The position numbers and the translations under genes are program-made. Positions 1 to 13,811 of a stretch of 64,000 nucleotides of DNA are shown here, piece by piece. The stretch is from Lophium mytilinum. Lineage: Eukaryota. Position 1 is the stretch's first letter. Every line of letters begins with the position of its first letter. Under the pieces are notes generated by a model. It ran no database searches. It saw only the letters and a list, made by a program, of their open reading frames with translations, and was not told the origin of the DNA. The stretch covers positions 64,563 through 128,562 of the forward strand of contig MU004192.1 in the NCBI GenBank assembly GCA_010093605.1. The letters are read 5' to 3'.

Positions 1-1162
1 GTCTTGTCCCGGCTTCCGCTCACTAAGTATTTGCCAGAGTACTGTATTGTGTACACGCATTCCGTGTGAGCCTCCTCCTGGTGGTTGGGGTGTGGCAGCT
101 GGAAATTTAAGTAGCGGCCAGTATTCCAATTTTCCTCCAGTCTCCGCTTCTGCTTGTAGAGATATTGCCAGTTGATCTTCGCGTCGGGACTTGGTAGTAT
201 CAGTGATGGCTTGACCGGCGGGTCCAGGGCCATCGGTGAGATGGACAATATCGAGGAGGTTTGGGGAGACATGGTGGATTGATCTCCGCCCGGGATATCA
301 TGAAATGCAACATCTTGCATCCTGTCGTCAGTACCACTGGTAGCAGTGTCGTCGGCCTCCACAATGCCATGCTGCTCTCCCCACGCTGGCGTGCCCTCCT
401 GTGAACCGTCCAAAGTGAGAGGCTGAAGGCGATTATGGATGCTTCCATCTGTCGCAGCTCCGTCCCCGAACAGCGTTTTCTCTCTAATGCGTTTCTTGTG
501 TGATTGCGGCTCATAATCCATATCTTCAGCCGTTCGTGCCCGCGTCTTGCGCTCCTTCATCTCCGCCTTCCGCAACTTCTCCGTTTCCTCATAGTTCCGA
601 ACTTGCTGTGTATTCGACGTCCAGCCTTCTAATCCAAACAGTAGTTTCCACAAGGGGCTATCCAGCGTCCTCATTCGCCACGCTCTGGAGAGAGTCGAGG
701 CGCGCAAAAGGGTCTCTGGTTCCAAATAGGAAAATATCTGGAAAGTTATTTCGGGCGGGAGATAGATGACCGGGTCCAGATGTAGCAGAGGGTTCAGCCT
801 CTCGACTAGGCCAGCTATGGACGACGTCTGTAGTGAGCGGAGGATGGCATAACAAAATTCTACAACTATCAGTATATTGAGGATATTGCCGCATCTGCCA
901 TAGTGCTCTTACCGCTGCGTTCGCCTTCACTCATGCCTAGGATGTAGTCCGGCAGAACATACTGGGCATCTTGGTCGAGCCCTTCGCCTAACCTCGAGTC
1001 CGTTCGCATTACCGTGTCGCTGCCCGTCTGGCTCCGAGTCTCCTCGGAGTACCCCTCGTCGATCTTGAAAGACGAGTTTATCATCGAGGGTGCTCGGAAT
1101 GCGGGGGTGTATGGGGAGCTACCAAAGGGCCCTGCGCTCGAGTTGGGTAACGAACCAGCCAT
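1..1162 (-). CDS. F-box/WD40 SCF substrate adaptor, FWD-1/beta-TrCP-like; 3' part runs off the left edge
   Basis: ATG at 1162 (MAGSLPNSS...), intron about 860-912, then F-box LDPVIYLPPEITFQIFSYLEPETLLRASTLSRAWR. Near the edge INWQYLYKQKRRLEENW and the first WD repeat AHTECVYTIQYSGKYLVSGSRDKT. Confidence 0.88.
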
Positions 1163-1928
1163 GTCGAAAGCCAGGATGGTCCCGGGTGGCGCGAGCAATA
1201 CGGTCGGACAGCCTTCTCAGCTTATGGTAGGTTGCGTATACGGCAGGCCGTCTATTGGATTCGGCGGTGGGGCGCGTTGCACCTTCGGGGGTCTCTCCGG
1301 CGTCGGAGTGTGTTTGTTGGGGTCTTTGTGGGTAGGCTTCGCGGTATGGTGTCCGGCCTGGAGGAGTGAACTGTCAGACGCGGGTTAGCCTTCCAGCAAA
1401 AAAGGCCGTTCAGTGAATGAAGGTGCAAGGCGGAGCACGGCGCTCGACACGGGTGGCAGTGGTATGTATAGGCGTGGTGGGAGGCTGACTAGGGTTCCAG
1501 GCTGATGCGGCTCGTGCCAAGGGATATATGGCGCTAACCGAATGTGGCTGCTAAAGATCACAATACGCACGCTCGTGACGCTCAAGGGCGCTCAAATCGA
1601 TTTATCACGACCGACATGTAAAAGACTTCGTTTTGAGATCCTTCTATCATGATACGTGTCACTAATTGGGCTCGAGATTCCAGTACTATATATGCAAAAC
1701 GGTGCTGGAAACCTGTGGAAGGAAGCCATGCAGAATATCTGAGTTTCGATCACTAAACAGGTACCTTCACTTTGAATATCAAGAGTCTATTCATCTAGGC
1801 TTGGTTGTTGCTCATTAGAGTACTATACCAGCATTTCTAGGGTATGTACCTTCTTCATCAATACACGTCTTTCCAAAGACCTCATATACAAGACATCAAC
1901 CCATATACCTCCCATCCATCCGATCGTA

Positions 1929-3265
1929 TTACTTGCAGAACTTCCCAAACTTGCGGTTCGTGATGGGCTGTGGGAATAGTCCGCCATCTAAGAGCTGGAA
2001 CAAGTCCCACTCGCCGGCGCCGCCCTCGGTCTTGAAGTTCCAGAACATCCAGCCCTTAGTTTTGGACTCGAACGTATCTAGCTGCGTCTCGATGTACTTG
2101 CGCACATCATCCTTCTGTGATTGTGTCCAGCTCGACACCTTGCCAGTTTTACCCGCACAAGAACCAGTACGCGTAGCACCATCCCAGGTTCCTTCATATC
2201 GATTTCCACGCTTGAAACCATTCAGATGCGGCGCGCAGTCCGTCAACGCGGCTGACCACTCGCCCACAAACGTCCACTTGTCCGCACCGTCGTAGCTGCC
2301 GGCCGCGTCGCAGACCTGTTGCCTGTGCTGGGCTGGGGTCATCTTGATCAGATTCTTATCAAAAACCTGGTACTCGTGATGGTCCATCACCACACCCTGC
2401 GCGTTGTTGTCCGACGGCGTCAGGAAGCCGTTCCAGTAGGCCGGGCCGAAGAAGCCATCATGCAAAATGACAGGAGTGTCGCTGATCTTGCGGAGGTTGT
2501 TGTAGCCATCGCGGTAGAACTTCTTGGTGATAGCGCCGTTCGTGTCAATGACAGGCATCAAAGGTTCGTTGACAAGCTCGATGCCGACGACCACGTCCTG
2601 ATAAGCCGCTTTGGCATACTTGTTCTCAATCACGGCTAGGACCGCATGCGTCTGAGCAATGCTGTCGCCAGCGCCCCACGTGGGATTGCCGGTATCAAAA
2701 CGGTGGCCCGAGTTGTCGAATCCGTTTTGCGATTTTGGTGCGCCATGTAAATCAATCAGCACTTTCAGTCCGGTAGACCTGGCCCATCCGATCGCATTAT
2801 CAAGGTATGGGGCTGTCCCGGAGGTGTAAGGTCCTCCGTAGTTCTTGTAGGCCCAGTATCCGATTGGAATTCGAACGATATTGAATCCCGCTTTCTTGAT
2901 CTTCTGGAAATCAGATAGTGAGACCCAACTATCCCAGTGTGGCTTGAGGACTTTCTGGCATCCTGCCGCGCCCAGTTTGGCGCAGAGCGTCCATTCGTCG
3001 TGCACTTCGTCGGTTTTTGAGTTCGCCAAGTAAATTGATGGAGTGATAAAGCTTCATATCGTCAGTGAATCGTGTGCAAGTAGATAACAATTTCTATCAT
3101 TTACGGTTCGGTAACAAGCCATCCTCCGATATTCACACCCCTGACTTTTGTATTACCCCAGTCGAAGGCCACAGCGCGCGAATTGAGGCCTCTGTGATGA
3201 ACATGTTCGGCGGCACATGTCGTCACTACCGCGGCCGCGACCACAAAGCAGTTCTGCAGTAACAT
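1929..3265 (-). CDS. Secreted GH5 exo-beta-1,3-glucanase (Exg-like)
   Basis: Exon 1 MLLQNCFVVAAAVVTTCAA (signal peptide)...KVRGVNIGGWLVTEP, intron about 3053-3105, then VRIPIGYWA, IDLHGAPKSQNGFDNSG, acid/base IELVNEP, DHHEYQVF and nucleophile VGEWS. Confidence 0.93.
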
Positions 3266-3749
3266 AGCACAAAAAATTGACGCAGTAATGCTTTAGAGTG
3301 ACTGGAGTGACATTGAGGGAAAAGAAGTATAAGTATATTAGTCCGGACTGAGCTACCCTTGCATTACGAGCAATGGGATGACACCATGGGTAAAGGAAAT
3401 AAACTGCTGCTGTCCCGGAGCAAGGAACCAGGTGGGGCAAGGCGTTCTCCTGAACAAACATATGAGCGAATGACTGATGATGAGTGTTGCATGGGAAACA
3501 GCAGATCATGCGCGATTCGTTAAGAGACCAATTTCGCCTGGAACGCGACGAACAGAAATATCGACACCGTCGCGCCCTGGTGCCTGTATCAACACCGAGT
3601 TTGCCCGTGATGTGATCTGAAATCAGAGGTCTGCCATACCTCTTTGGGATGTGACGAGCTTCGAGCAGAATTGTCATTGGAAGCTCAAAGGGACTTGGCA
3701 AGCCACCGAGTGAATTGGGATAGATTGATGCGAAAAGTCAGCACCTAGT

Positions 3750-3782
3750 CAGGCACACCAGGCACACCAGGCACGCCAGGCA
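3750..3782. repeat. Short 9-bp tandem repeat (CAGGCACAC), about 3.5 copies, upstream of the glucanase
   Basis: caggcacac caggcacac caggcacgc caggca read directly. Confidence 0.7.
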
Positions 3783-5904
3783 GGGGTTGATGAGACCAGG
3801 CGTGCCAGACCACGCCGTCGTGCTCTCAGCTCTCCACGCGAGCGTCGGCGGCGGCGTCGATCCCACAGGGAGGCGGACGTTTGATGTCACGAAGCACTGA
3901 CATTGCGAATCGTGGTGTTGAAGGCCGATTAAAATCGTTTGAACTTTGATGCGATTCTCTGCATTATCAGGAAAGGGCTCGGAGATCTTTGCGTCTCTCA
4001 AATGAAGCCACGGCTATCCAGCGGAAAACCGTAGGTTCTTCTCCAATCGGCTCCTCCGAGGTCATGGTTGCCGGTTTTTAAAAAGTGGACCGGCAATTAG
4101 ACGCCCGGACGACGCCCCTTAATTCATATCCACGCTACCTCCGCCTATCCTGTCACTGTCTTATCATATCGATACCCCGCAAGCGCCATTGAGTAATCCA
4201 TATGCAGGTACGGTACCTGAGAAGCATCACCAGCATGTAATTCGGGTTGCTCGACAACCGTAAATATTCTCAGTGTCTTAGGGCTGCACACCTCTTATCA
4301 TGAACCCTTTGAGAGACTAGCTCCTATAATTGAGACCCCGTATTGACCTGCAAGGTAGACGCTGATCTCAGCAGACCGCGAGTCGTTAGCTCTAGAATAT
4401 GTAATCCTGGTGCCTATCCTGGTGCTTGGTCGTGTTTCCGAGGTTTGCAACGCAGAGCCGCTAGCATTCCGCAATCAAGATGCTATCGTAGGTCATGTCG
4501 AACTCTATTACGGTCGTGAATTTGTCCTTGTTGATGCGCATGTTTCTTCTTCTATCACTAAAGTAGTATTGTATCTAGGCTAGTATTCTGTCCACAAGTA
4601 GTCGGTATCTTCCCGAGTCCTTGCAAGCTGCAACAGCAGCATTAAGCAATCGATGTCAAAACTAAACGCTGGAATCGAGATATTGTCTCTGTCTTTCGAT
4701 CCCGTCTTCAGGCACACGTCAAACCCATTTTTCTTATGCGGCGTTGATATTCACGTGATCGCCGTCTCTACCGGAGCCTTCAAAGGGTATTTAATTTACC
4801 CCGGGAGCCACCTTATCTAATGTTTCGTTTTAGTCTCCCCGCGTTTCTCGCTCTTAGATCTGCTTCACTTGTACTCTACAGGAAATTGATAATCAAAGGT
4901 TCTAGACGCGCTGAGCTACGGTATCTCGCAATGCTTATGAAGATACAGCCCGGCCATTCTCTCCACTCTCTTACTGGCTTAACAAAACTTGGCAAACGTT
5001 TATAGATTTATTATACGAGGACGCCGGTGGTCAGATCGGACGTAGTGGTGTGAAGCGGTTTAGGTGACTGTTACGTGACACTAGAGTCACTGGGTAAAGT
5101 GGTAACGAACGCGGCGGAATGAGCACAGGCAAACGAAAGGTTACTAGACTCACTTCAGTTACGCTTGCTATTCTAAATACAAGGTAGAAAGGCTTCCGTG
5201 TTGCCATTACCGTCAAATTTAGCACCCTTTTAAACCTAATCACGAACCTACAGATCGAAAAGAGATAATACGACTTGAGGGAAGAACTGCTGAGTCCATC
5301 TTCTATGCAACATGTGACTAGTAACCTCAGAGGCTGGTCAGGTTAGCCATCCTCCACCTCCACGGCAGGCGTCAGACCGAAAAAAGCCAGAATGTGCGGA
5401 TAGGTCGCCATATCAATCGATCTCGAGATTGAAGGTTGCTTCCCGGAGCTTCTACCGGGATTTCTGCCGAAGCCTCCATCGGGGCTTTTGCTGAAGCTTT
5501 CCCTAAGCTTTGGAGCCTCAGGACCCTCTCTACCTATCACATAGCTCCCTATGCATGCATGCTCTTAGTCTTTCTTCGCAATCAGTGTCGGTGGAGCCGA
5601 AAAACGAAGGCGGGCTAACAATCGCATTTCGCCAATCTCCATCTTTGGAAATGGAAGACGATTAGGAATGGAAGAACGCGAATGAAGGAAACATGCTAGA
5701 ACTTGAGCTATGAACGTTTCAGCAAATACTAGAACGGATATTATCTTGTCAAAACGTAGCAATAGCTCATCTTAGCTTCATGCAAAATTGGCATGTTGAC
5801 TGCGATCCTGAAGTATTGATATAATGAGCGTGAATAACTTTCGAGGAGAGATTGTTAATAGGTGCCCTTTATCACTGTGTCCTTGTATGCAATCGTCTTC
5901 ACCT

Positions 5905-8900
5905 TTAAAAAGCATGCGGCCGCAGCACGTACTCTGGCTGCTCAACCTTTGCAACGGGTCCATACGCCCACTGCACAGCTGCCGTACTTTCTAGCGACAA
6001 CGACGTGAGCTTACCTCCCTCGGCGTCGAGGGACCAAAGGATAAGTCCTATTGTGTTTTCACCCTGGTGATTGATGATTCCTTCTGGAACGGGGAAGCTT
6101 CTTTGCGGCCCGATGTTTGCAACTAAACGTTAGGGTGAGACTATATCATAATAACGAGTGTCCGCTTTTCTTACTGTAGCGACCAAACTTGTAGCCATTG
6201 ATGAAGAGGTTCACTCGAAGACTGCCAGTGCCCTCAAAGTTGACTGATAGAGGAGTATCATATGATGCATCAAGGTCGAGGTCAAACGTGGCTTTGGTAT
6301 CTAGTCAACGCTGCACTGCCAGAATCCATTTCGAACCTCAAGCTTACGTGTAGAACTCGACGCCGGCGTGGTTCAATCCTTCAAATGGGGACTTCACATC
6401 CCACGCTTGTGTCGGAGGATGTGGGTAATGATATCCTTGTAGACGTTACTATGACAAGAAGATCATGTTTGGGACTCGGGCTTAGACTAACCTGATCTCT
6501 CTGCGAAGAAGCCACTTTCTTGAGAGGGCCCCTAACTTTGTCTTCGTACTGTCCGAATTAGACTTATTATTGGTCGGCGGCAATGAACAAGAACTTACAT
6601 CTTCCCCTCCCAAATTGCCCGTGACTTTCCAGGTGATGTTCGGAGTTTTGCCGTCGATTGTATAATTCAAAATGCCACGTAGAAACTAAGCACTAGTTAG
6701 AAATAGTGAGGACTATGCTGAGCTGAGATGGAGCTGACCGTAATCCCTCCGGATTCGTTCTCATTGTTCCCCATATGCTCCTAACCGTGGCGTTAGTCTA
6801 CCACAATGCGTCATCTAATGGAGTAATGCCGAACATACGAATAGGACTGTAAAAACATATGGGGTCCCAGCAGTAATGTTTTGAGGCAGCGTGAAAGACT
6901 TGGACGTGTACTGCGTGGTGTTTTGGCCAGTAAATGCGCTAAGATATGTATCGTTGAGCCATACGGACCACCTAAAGGTAAAGCCGCCACTTATTTTAAG
7001 GTCTAGTTTGGTTTGATTGCCAGCTGCAATGAAGTGGCCTCGATATAACTGGTTTCCGACGTGGTACTACACATGATGTTAGTGAGAACTTTTGCATTGC
7101 ATTGGATGAACTCTGAGGGTTACCAACACCATAGGTTCCGGTGTAAAGATTAGTCGGAGTGGAAAGAGCGCGGGCTCCGTTCACGGTGGTATTATTGTCG
7201 CAAACTTCCCAGGCCGAATCGTCGTAAGCTGACTGGATTTCGGGAAGGCTGTCGATTGATCGCTAAGATGGGATGAGCTTCTCCGAGTTCTGCATGTCTA
7301 TAAGATTGCCTACTTACCCAGTCTAACTTCTCTAGAGACGGTAAATATACGGTAGGCTGGTCGTACTCGAGGTGACCTTTAAAGGTACCGTAACTCGTTC
7401 TAGAGGTCGGTATATGTCTTCCATTCCAAGTAATAGCCTTTACATTCTTGGGTCCGGCAACTTCTAGATTTGCGGTGCTGTTAAGGTCTTCTGTGAGAGA
7501 TATCACACTGTTCTGAATAGTGGCACTGTGAACAAGGTAGGGACCGCCAACGAGCACGGTATCGTTGCTGATCGTCGGGATTTCCTTACTAGTGGGAAGT
7601 TCAGGAACCCACCAATTGTACACCGTAGAACGATCTGCAATACAGTTAGATTGGTCTGAAAGTAGGTTTACAAGAGCGTCTTACCCAGTATCAATATGAG
7701 GATATCAGATCCAATCGAGATCGCCGTCTGACCAACGGTGACATAGTTTATGATATACGTGCCATTGTGATTCTCGCACTTGTTGATTGTTCCTTCATTT
7801 ACGTGGCACTGGCGAGAGCCCGAGGCTATAATTGCTGTTTCATGAGTCTCACCGGATGCTCCATACAAGACGAGGATGTATCGAAAATCCAGTTTAAGCC
7901 TTCATTATGATTGTGAGCTGCTGAGGTAGGACAAAGACTCGATTTGAGACCTACCAAGTGTATATCTCCGCGCTGGAGTATAGAATGCTGTAAGGCCTAA
8001 CCGCAAAGTCGGTAACATGGATCTATTGCACGGGTCAACTTGAATGGTCGAGATCAATACTGTAGGATCTTCTACCTTCGAATTGTAGCCCGCTAAGGTA
8101 AGGCTACCGCCGAGTTGAGGTATTGTGAGTGTTCCTTGAGTAGTCGGAACCTTGAGAAGGTAAGTCTTGTTGGTTGTGGAACGGTAGTCTGCATGTCTTG
8201 TGGTCCAGAACGTCGTGTTCCCACGTAAAACATCCTTGGTTTGCGACACAAAGACATTAGGGGATGTGGAGTAGGCATCAGAGGCACTGTGGATAAGCCT
8301 CGAAGTTCTGTATGCGGGGGCAACCTTGAGAAACTGTGCTTCGAGTTTGATCTCCCCGTACTTCTCCCTGCTTATTGCACGGTTTTCCGAAATAGCAGCT
8401 CTGAAATCGCAGCTGGTATACACTCGTTGCCACGACATGTGGCCCCAATTAGTACCACCATATATCATGTAGAGGCTCAACTCAGTTACAAACATCGAAT
8501 AGCGATTCTTGTAGAATAGACGAGTTATCCCGGCGTCTAGCTGAGTAGGGCAATTGTCGTACCCTATACCTCCCCATTGGTCGTAGAATCCATCACCGCA
8601 TTCGCCGATCAAGTGCGGGTCGTACGAAGAGTATTGTTGATAAAGGGTCCAGTCGTATTGGTCCATAGTCGCAGGTAGCTCGCCGCATGACAGCGGATAG
8701 TAATCGTAAGTGTAAATCTCGGGCTGGCTGACATTCTCGCCGGCAAAGACCCCGCCATGGCTCACATCGTTATGAATAGTTGGGACGACCATACCAGCTT
8801 TTTCGAACCGTGATGCTAAGATGTCCATATCTCCATACGCGGGGTATTCAGTTCCGGGCACCGAGGGTGTTGAGAGCTCGTTTTCTATTTGAAGTAGAAT

Positions 8901-9639
8901 TATGGTTCCGTTATTCGTGATCTGGTGCGGCGCAAGCAGTTTGCCGATTACAACGACATACGGTGCGATCTCGCTGTAGAACGACTCGTTTGAAACACGC
9001 CAATAAACACCTTCCGGAGCGTGGAATCTCCAGCCGGGAAACCCACCGCCCGTCAGCTCTAAGATCCGTTAGTTCAGCGGATTGCAACTACTGCGAAAGG
9101 GCCGAGAGACTTACCTGCGTTAATGTATCTGTACGTGTCGTTGGTCAGTAACGTTATCGTGTGGAAAAAAATGAGGTATTAATGCTCACGGGCCTGGCCT
9201 CACGATGACATAGAGTCCAACTTCGCTTGCTGCATGGAAGAAAGCGTGATAGGAGAAAACGCCGTCGAGCCGGAAGTCGCCTTTCTTGGCCTCGATGAGA
9301 CTCCAGTTTATGTAAATGGAGATGGTATTTAACCCCATTGCCTTCACTTTCTGGAGAATATCGAGCCAAAGCGACGGGCTTGGGATTCTCCAAGGATGGA
9401 ACTCTCCTCCGTAGACCATCAGCCGCTCCCCATTTATTTTCATCGAATACTGATCCTAAGTAACCTGCTCGGCAGTTAGCCTTACACATACTGTCAAATG
9501 AAAATGATAGACGTACGACATTCTGCAGAGAATCTGTGCCCCTAGTCTGTCTTTGGGATGCATCGGCGAAGCCTACAAAACGGAAGAGGTTAAGGGTCCA
9601 TAGAGTTACTAAAAAGGAGGCAGCAAGTCTCAAGTTCAT
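5905..9639 (-). pseudogene. GH35 beta-galactosidase (LacA/BgaA-type), multi-exon, disrupted
   Basis: Signal peptide from ATG 9639; motifs GGEFHPWRIPSPSLWLDILQKVKAMGLN, RPGP/YINAE, QIENE, YMIYGGTNWG, WKVTGNLGGED, GPQRSFPVPEGIIN; stop at 5905-5907. In-frame TAG at 9456-9458 where the family has VTWD, and a 1-nt frameshift near 6520 in the RGPLNEGG motif. Confidence 0.85.
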
Positions 9640-11222
9640 GATTGTAGGACGACTCTAACAGACTTGTAGAAGAAGCTAGGCACATTTTGCTGAAACGCCG
9701 ATACTGCCTTTATATATTCAGACGTTCCTGCAGCTCCACAGGCGTGATCGCATCTTGCCCACTTGGAGTCAATATCCAAGGATTATCAAAACTGTCAATG
9801 TGCATGGTCCGAGAAATTCCCCGGATTCTGGGGTGCTGCTACGTCGGAATTTTGCTGCTTTACTCGCGCAACAGGAAAACATCTACGCGAGCTACCTCAA
9901 GCAGTTCAATAGCCCCAATGAGGAGACCTTTCCGCATCGGGAGGATCGCCTGTTGCGGACGTCCATTGAGCCTTTTCTGCTGTGCTCCAACTTGCTCGCA
10001 TGGATGTACGGCGTGATGAGAAGGAGGATCGCCAGTGTTCTGACTTTCATACGGCTCAATAACGCCGAAGGGATGGCATTCGAAGGATCCCGTAGTGAGT
10101 TCGTGGACCATACCTTGCAATGCGGAGCATATTTCCCCTAGAGACAGATGGCCCATTGAGCCGAGCGTTGATCGTGCTGGTCCATACGAAAGACCGTTCG
10201 TTCGGAATCGAGGCTGGCGAGGATCTTGAGGGTCAGGTGTCTCTAAATGGCTGAGTTGTAGTATCACCTTATGTAAGCCGCCCTCAGCGGTACAACAACA
10301 ACAAAAACTACACGACGGCCCCTAGGTATTGGAGGAATGCGAGAGGTATCCCTCTTTAAGAGAGCACGAAATCCTGGAGCATACACTTGGGTTTGTCTTG
10401 ACTCCGCCTACTTCGCAGCCAGAGCACGTGATCTAGAGAACATGCGTAATCTCGGCCATGATTGGGTGGTGTATTTCGTGAGAGGATCACGCTTGGGTAG
10501 GCTCACGGAGTAAAGTAACAACGAAAGCTTCACAACGGGATTCTTCCGCCGCGTAGAATAATGCATTGGGCATATGCGGCTCGATTCCCAGGTATCACAC
10601 CCTCCCTACGAGTGCATGAATGAACCTCAGCTGGTACCTATCGCGCTATTTTTAACCGGCGTGGGTATCGTGGCCCGCACAGACTTGCCATGGCTCGGCA
10701 TATCGACAGCCAGGACTGCCCCTTTCGATCAATCACCGTCAGGGTCCTCCCTCCTCGCGCGCTTTGGCTCGCTCCCTCTCGAACTTCTACCAAAGATGAA
10801 TCCGAAAACATGAGCAACTCTTGCGCTTCTAAAACTGGAAGCAGTCTGAGAAGCGCATTGAAGTCTGTGCTTGTCTTCTGTTGTGCCGCCCTTCAAATGC
10901 CGAGCTCCGACACCCCTTTTATCGTTTTCGCCAGCCAGGCCAGCTCAGCCGCCCTGTGGATTCTAGTTCGCCTCATGGCGCTCTCCCGCGAAGCTTCTAT
11001 AGACGCCGCTCGCCTGTTTCTGACGCTTTGGGATTTCATTTACTTTGCCTAGACTCTCGCAGGGGCTTTCAAAACCACCTTCGTGCCCACTGTTTGCTCT
11101 CGCCTTTTTGCTTACGATGCAGTCACTCGCTTTCGCATTTCCTCACCTTCGTTTTTGATTTTATAGAGAGAGCGGTGTTTACATTAATATTATTGTCCAA
11201 TCATCGTGCCCTCAACTGAAGC

Positions 11223-12688
11223 ATGAGATTCGTCACCCTCCTTTCGCTTTCCGCGGCGGCGCGACAAGCATTTGCTGCGACGTACACAGCTGCCAACGGC
11301 GAAGTCTTCAACATCCAGCCTTCCACGGACTACTACGGGGGCGATCTCACACTAGAATGGACCGACACACTGAACCAATGCCTCGACAGGTGCTCGGTCA
11401 CCACTGGATGTATCCTTGTCTCCTTCATCGGACCGGGGAGAGGGCCATGCTATATGAAGAGTAGCTACTACCAAGCCCAAACCAACACGCAGGTTACTGG
11501 AGCAAAATTGATTGCGTCTGCCACCAGCTTAGCTTCTTCATCTTCGACATCGACATCGAAATCTTCGACTATTACTAGCTCCGCCTTGTCTTCAGTAACG
11601 ACAGCCACAACCAGGGCTAGCACTAGCACCACCTCGGCTTATGTGTGCACTACTAGCGCCTCTGGATGGGAAGTACTTGGAGACTTGAAGAACAATGGCG
11701 CGAAAACCCCTGTCGGTACAAACATCACTGGCGTCCTGACGGGCGATGCTGCAGAGGCCAAGACGGACTTGGGTTACACTCCTCCAGGGTTACGTGGAAG
11801 TGCTGCTTGCAAAGCGGATACCTGTTGCATATGGTCTTATATTGCCGCGGACCTCAAACCATTTTTCCTGGAAACCGACGGTACATGCAATCAATGGGCT
11901 CGTAGAGCTGTTCGCCTTGGATTCCACGATGCTGCCGGCTGGTCCAAGCCCAATAGTTTGGCAGGAAAGGACTACGGCGGTGCGGATGGAAGCATTGCGC
12001 TTTCCGCGGAAGAAGCAGCGCGGTCAGAGAATCAGGGCCTGGCGGATATCATTGCCAAAGTTCAGGAATGGCAAACCACGTATGGGGTTGGAATGGCAGA
12101 TCTCATTCAATTCGTCTCTAATCTCGGTGCCGTGGTCTGCCCAATGGGACCTCGAGTTCGGACCTGGGTTGGCCGCAAAGATAGCTCCACGCCTGCTCCC
12201 ACTGGCCTTCTCCCAGATGTCAAGGATAGTGTTGACAAGATCGTCTGTCTGTTCGGGGACAAGACGCTCAGCTACACTCAGCTTGCCGCGCTTATGGGCG
12301 CTCACTCCACATCTCAACAGTTCTTCGTTGATCCTAGCAAGGCTGGCCAACCACAAGATGATACGCCTGGAGTATGGGACACGAGGTACTATGAGCAGCA
12401 TCGACCAGGCTCGTCGGTACCATCCGGGGTCTTCCAATTTGCGAGCGATTTGGCAATCGCGAACGACACGCGTACCAAGAGTCAATGGACTTCGTTTGCC
12501 ATTTCTGGCCGGGCAGCGTGGGCAGCGGTAAGCCTTTCTTTCAGATAGATTCTGGAGACTCTCACTGACATATCTATCAGAGCTACGCTACCGCATACGT
12601 CAGACTGAGCTTGCTTGGTGTCAACAATATGAACAACCTGACAGAGTGCTCACACGTCTTGCCGAAAGCGGTACTGACGTTTCCCTGA
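11223..12688 (+). CDS. Secreted class II-type heme peroxidase with N-terminal PAN/apple-like domain and Ser/Thr linker
   Basis: Signal peptide; DYYGGDL...CLDRC...GC...GPCYMKS; S/T-rich linker; distal RAVRLGFHDA, GGADGSI, proximal GAHS. Intron 12528-12580, final exon SYATAYVRLSLLGVNNMNNLTECSHVLP to TGA at 12688. Confidence 0.88.
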
Positions 12689-13811
12689 AACCTCGCAGCG
12701 ATCGGAGGTTGTTGAACCTGCATTGTACATACATACATTCCCATATACCAAAGATAATAGTAATGTCAAGTCACGAGAGACGCGTCCCTAGACGACCTAA
12801 GTTATATACGAGTGCAAGTACTGCTACCTTCCTGTCAGGGCAAATGCACCCACAGCAAGTGCCTTTGCTACAGCACAGCAACTGCGAGTGCAAATCTTGC
12901 TTGAGATTTCATAACATCTGGAAACTCAGGTTGAAGCGTAAGCTGGCTGCAAAAGACCGAGGTGGGATGTTGAGATCTGTGCGCTGAGGAGACATATGAT
13001 ATGCTGCCGGAGGATTATTTGTAGAGGTTCCAGGATTTCGTCGCGCTAGCGTTTCACGCACTTTTGCGGACGCTAACTTCGCCAAATATGTTTTGCGCGG
13101 TCGCGCGTTTCCCTGCCTCGTTTGTTACTGATCCGCGATACTAACCCTCTCCGCCATCGGTTTCTTCCATGATTCGGCCACCAACGCATGCCCACCGCTG
13201 TCTGTTCTAAGCGAAAAAGAGATACAGCCATCTATGGCAGTATGTGAGTGGGTCAGCCGAAACGCAGCTGCATGATAAAGCCTGACAAGACGCCTCACGG
13301 TGGGCGAGTGGGTGCGATCGTGGCAGCTCTTCGCGCAGCCGTCAAATGGGCGTTTTGTCAGACCAACGAATGGTCAGGTCCAGGATGAGGCTTCGTACTG
13401 GGATTGGACGAAGAGGAAGGCTGAGATTGACCGGACTACGATTCTGGTGATCTATTGCAGCTGCCAACGCATCACTTTTGAGATTGATTGCCTTTTGCCT
13501 GCTGAAAACTAACAAAACGGGTGGTCGACGATAGGCATAAGTTTTGGGCCATGCCTCCTTCAGTCTTATTTAGCCCGCAACTGTGTCGTTCAAGGTCTTA
13601 TTTTTTAATCGCACCTGACACCACATCTCTTATCCCATAAGACTTTCTCTAAACCACAACGTTCACTGCACTGTCATCCCAAGACAATACGTCGGTTCAG
13701 TTTCTCGGTCGGCATTAATTACTGTTCTACATGTCTGCTACCCATCTCAAGCTTCTAGTGCATTCCCTATCTTTCAACCCTTAATAATCAACAACAACAG
13801 CCCTATAGAAG

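Noticed and set aside
4380..4600. Short protein-like minus-strand frame with TAG stops (MRINKDKFTTVIEFDMTYDSILIAEC*)
   Set aside because: Too short and unrecognisable to call a pseudogene without a homology search.
9456..9458. A-to-I stop-codon rescue of the GH35 gene
   Set aside because: The independent frameshift near 6520 and the loss of conserved glycines make simple pseudogenisation more parsimonious.
9687..11219. Several 80-135 aa ORFs between the GH35 and peroxidase genes
   Set aside because: Mostly non-ATG starts, no motifs, and located in a divergent promoter region.
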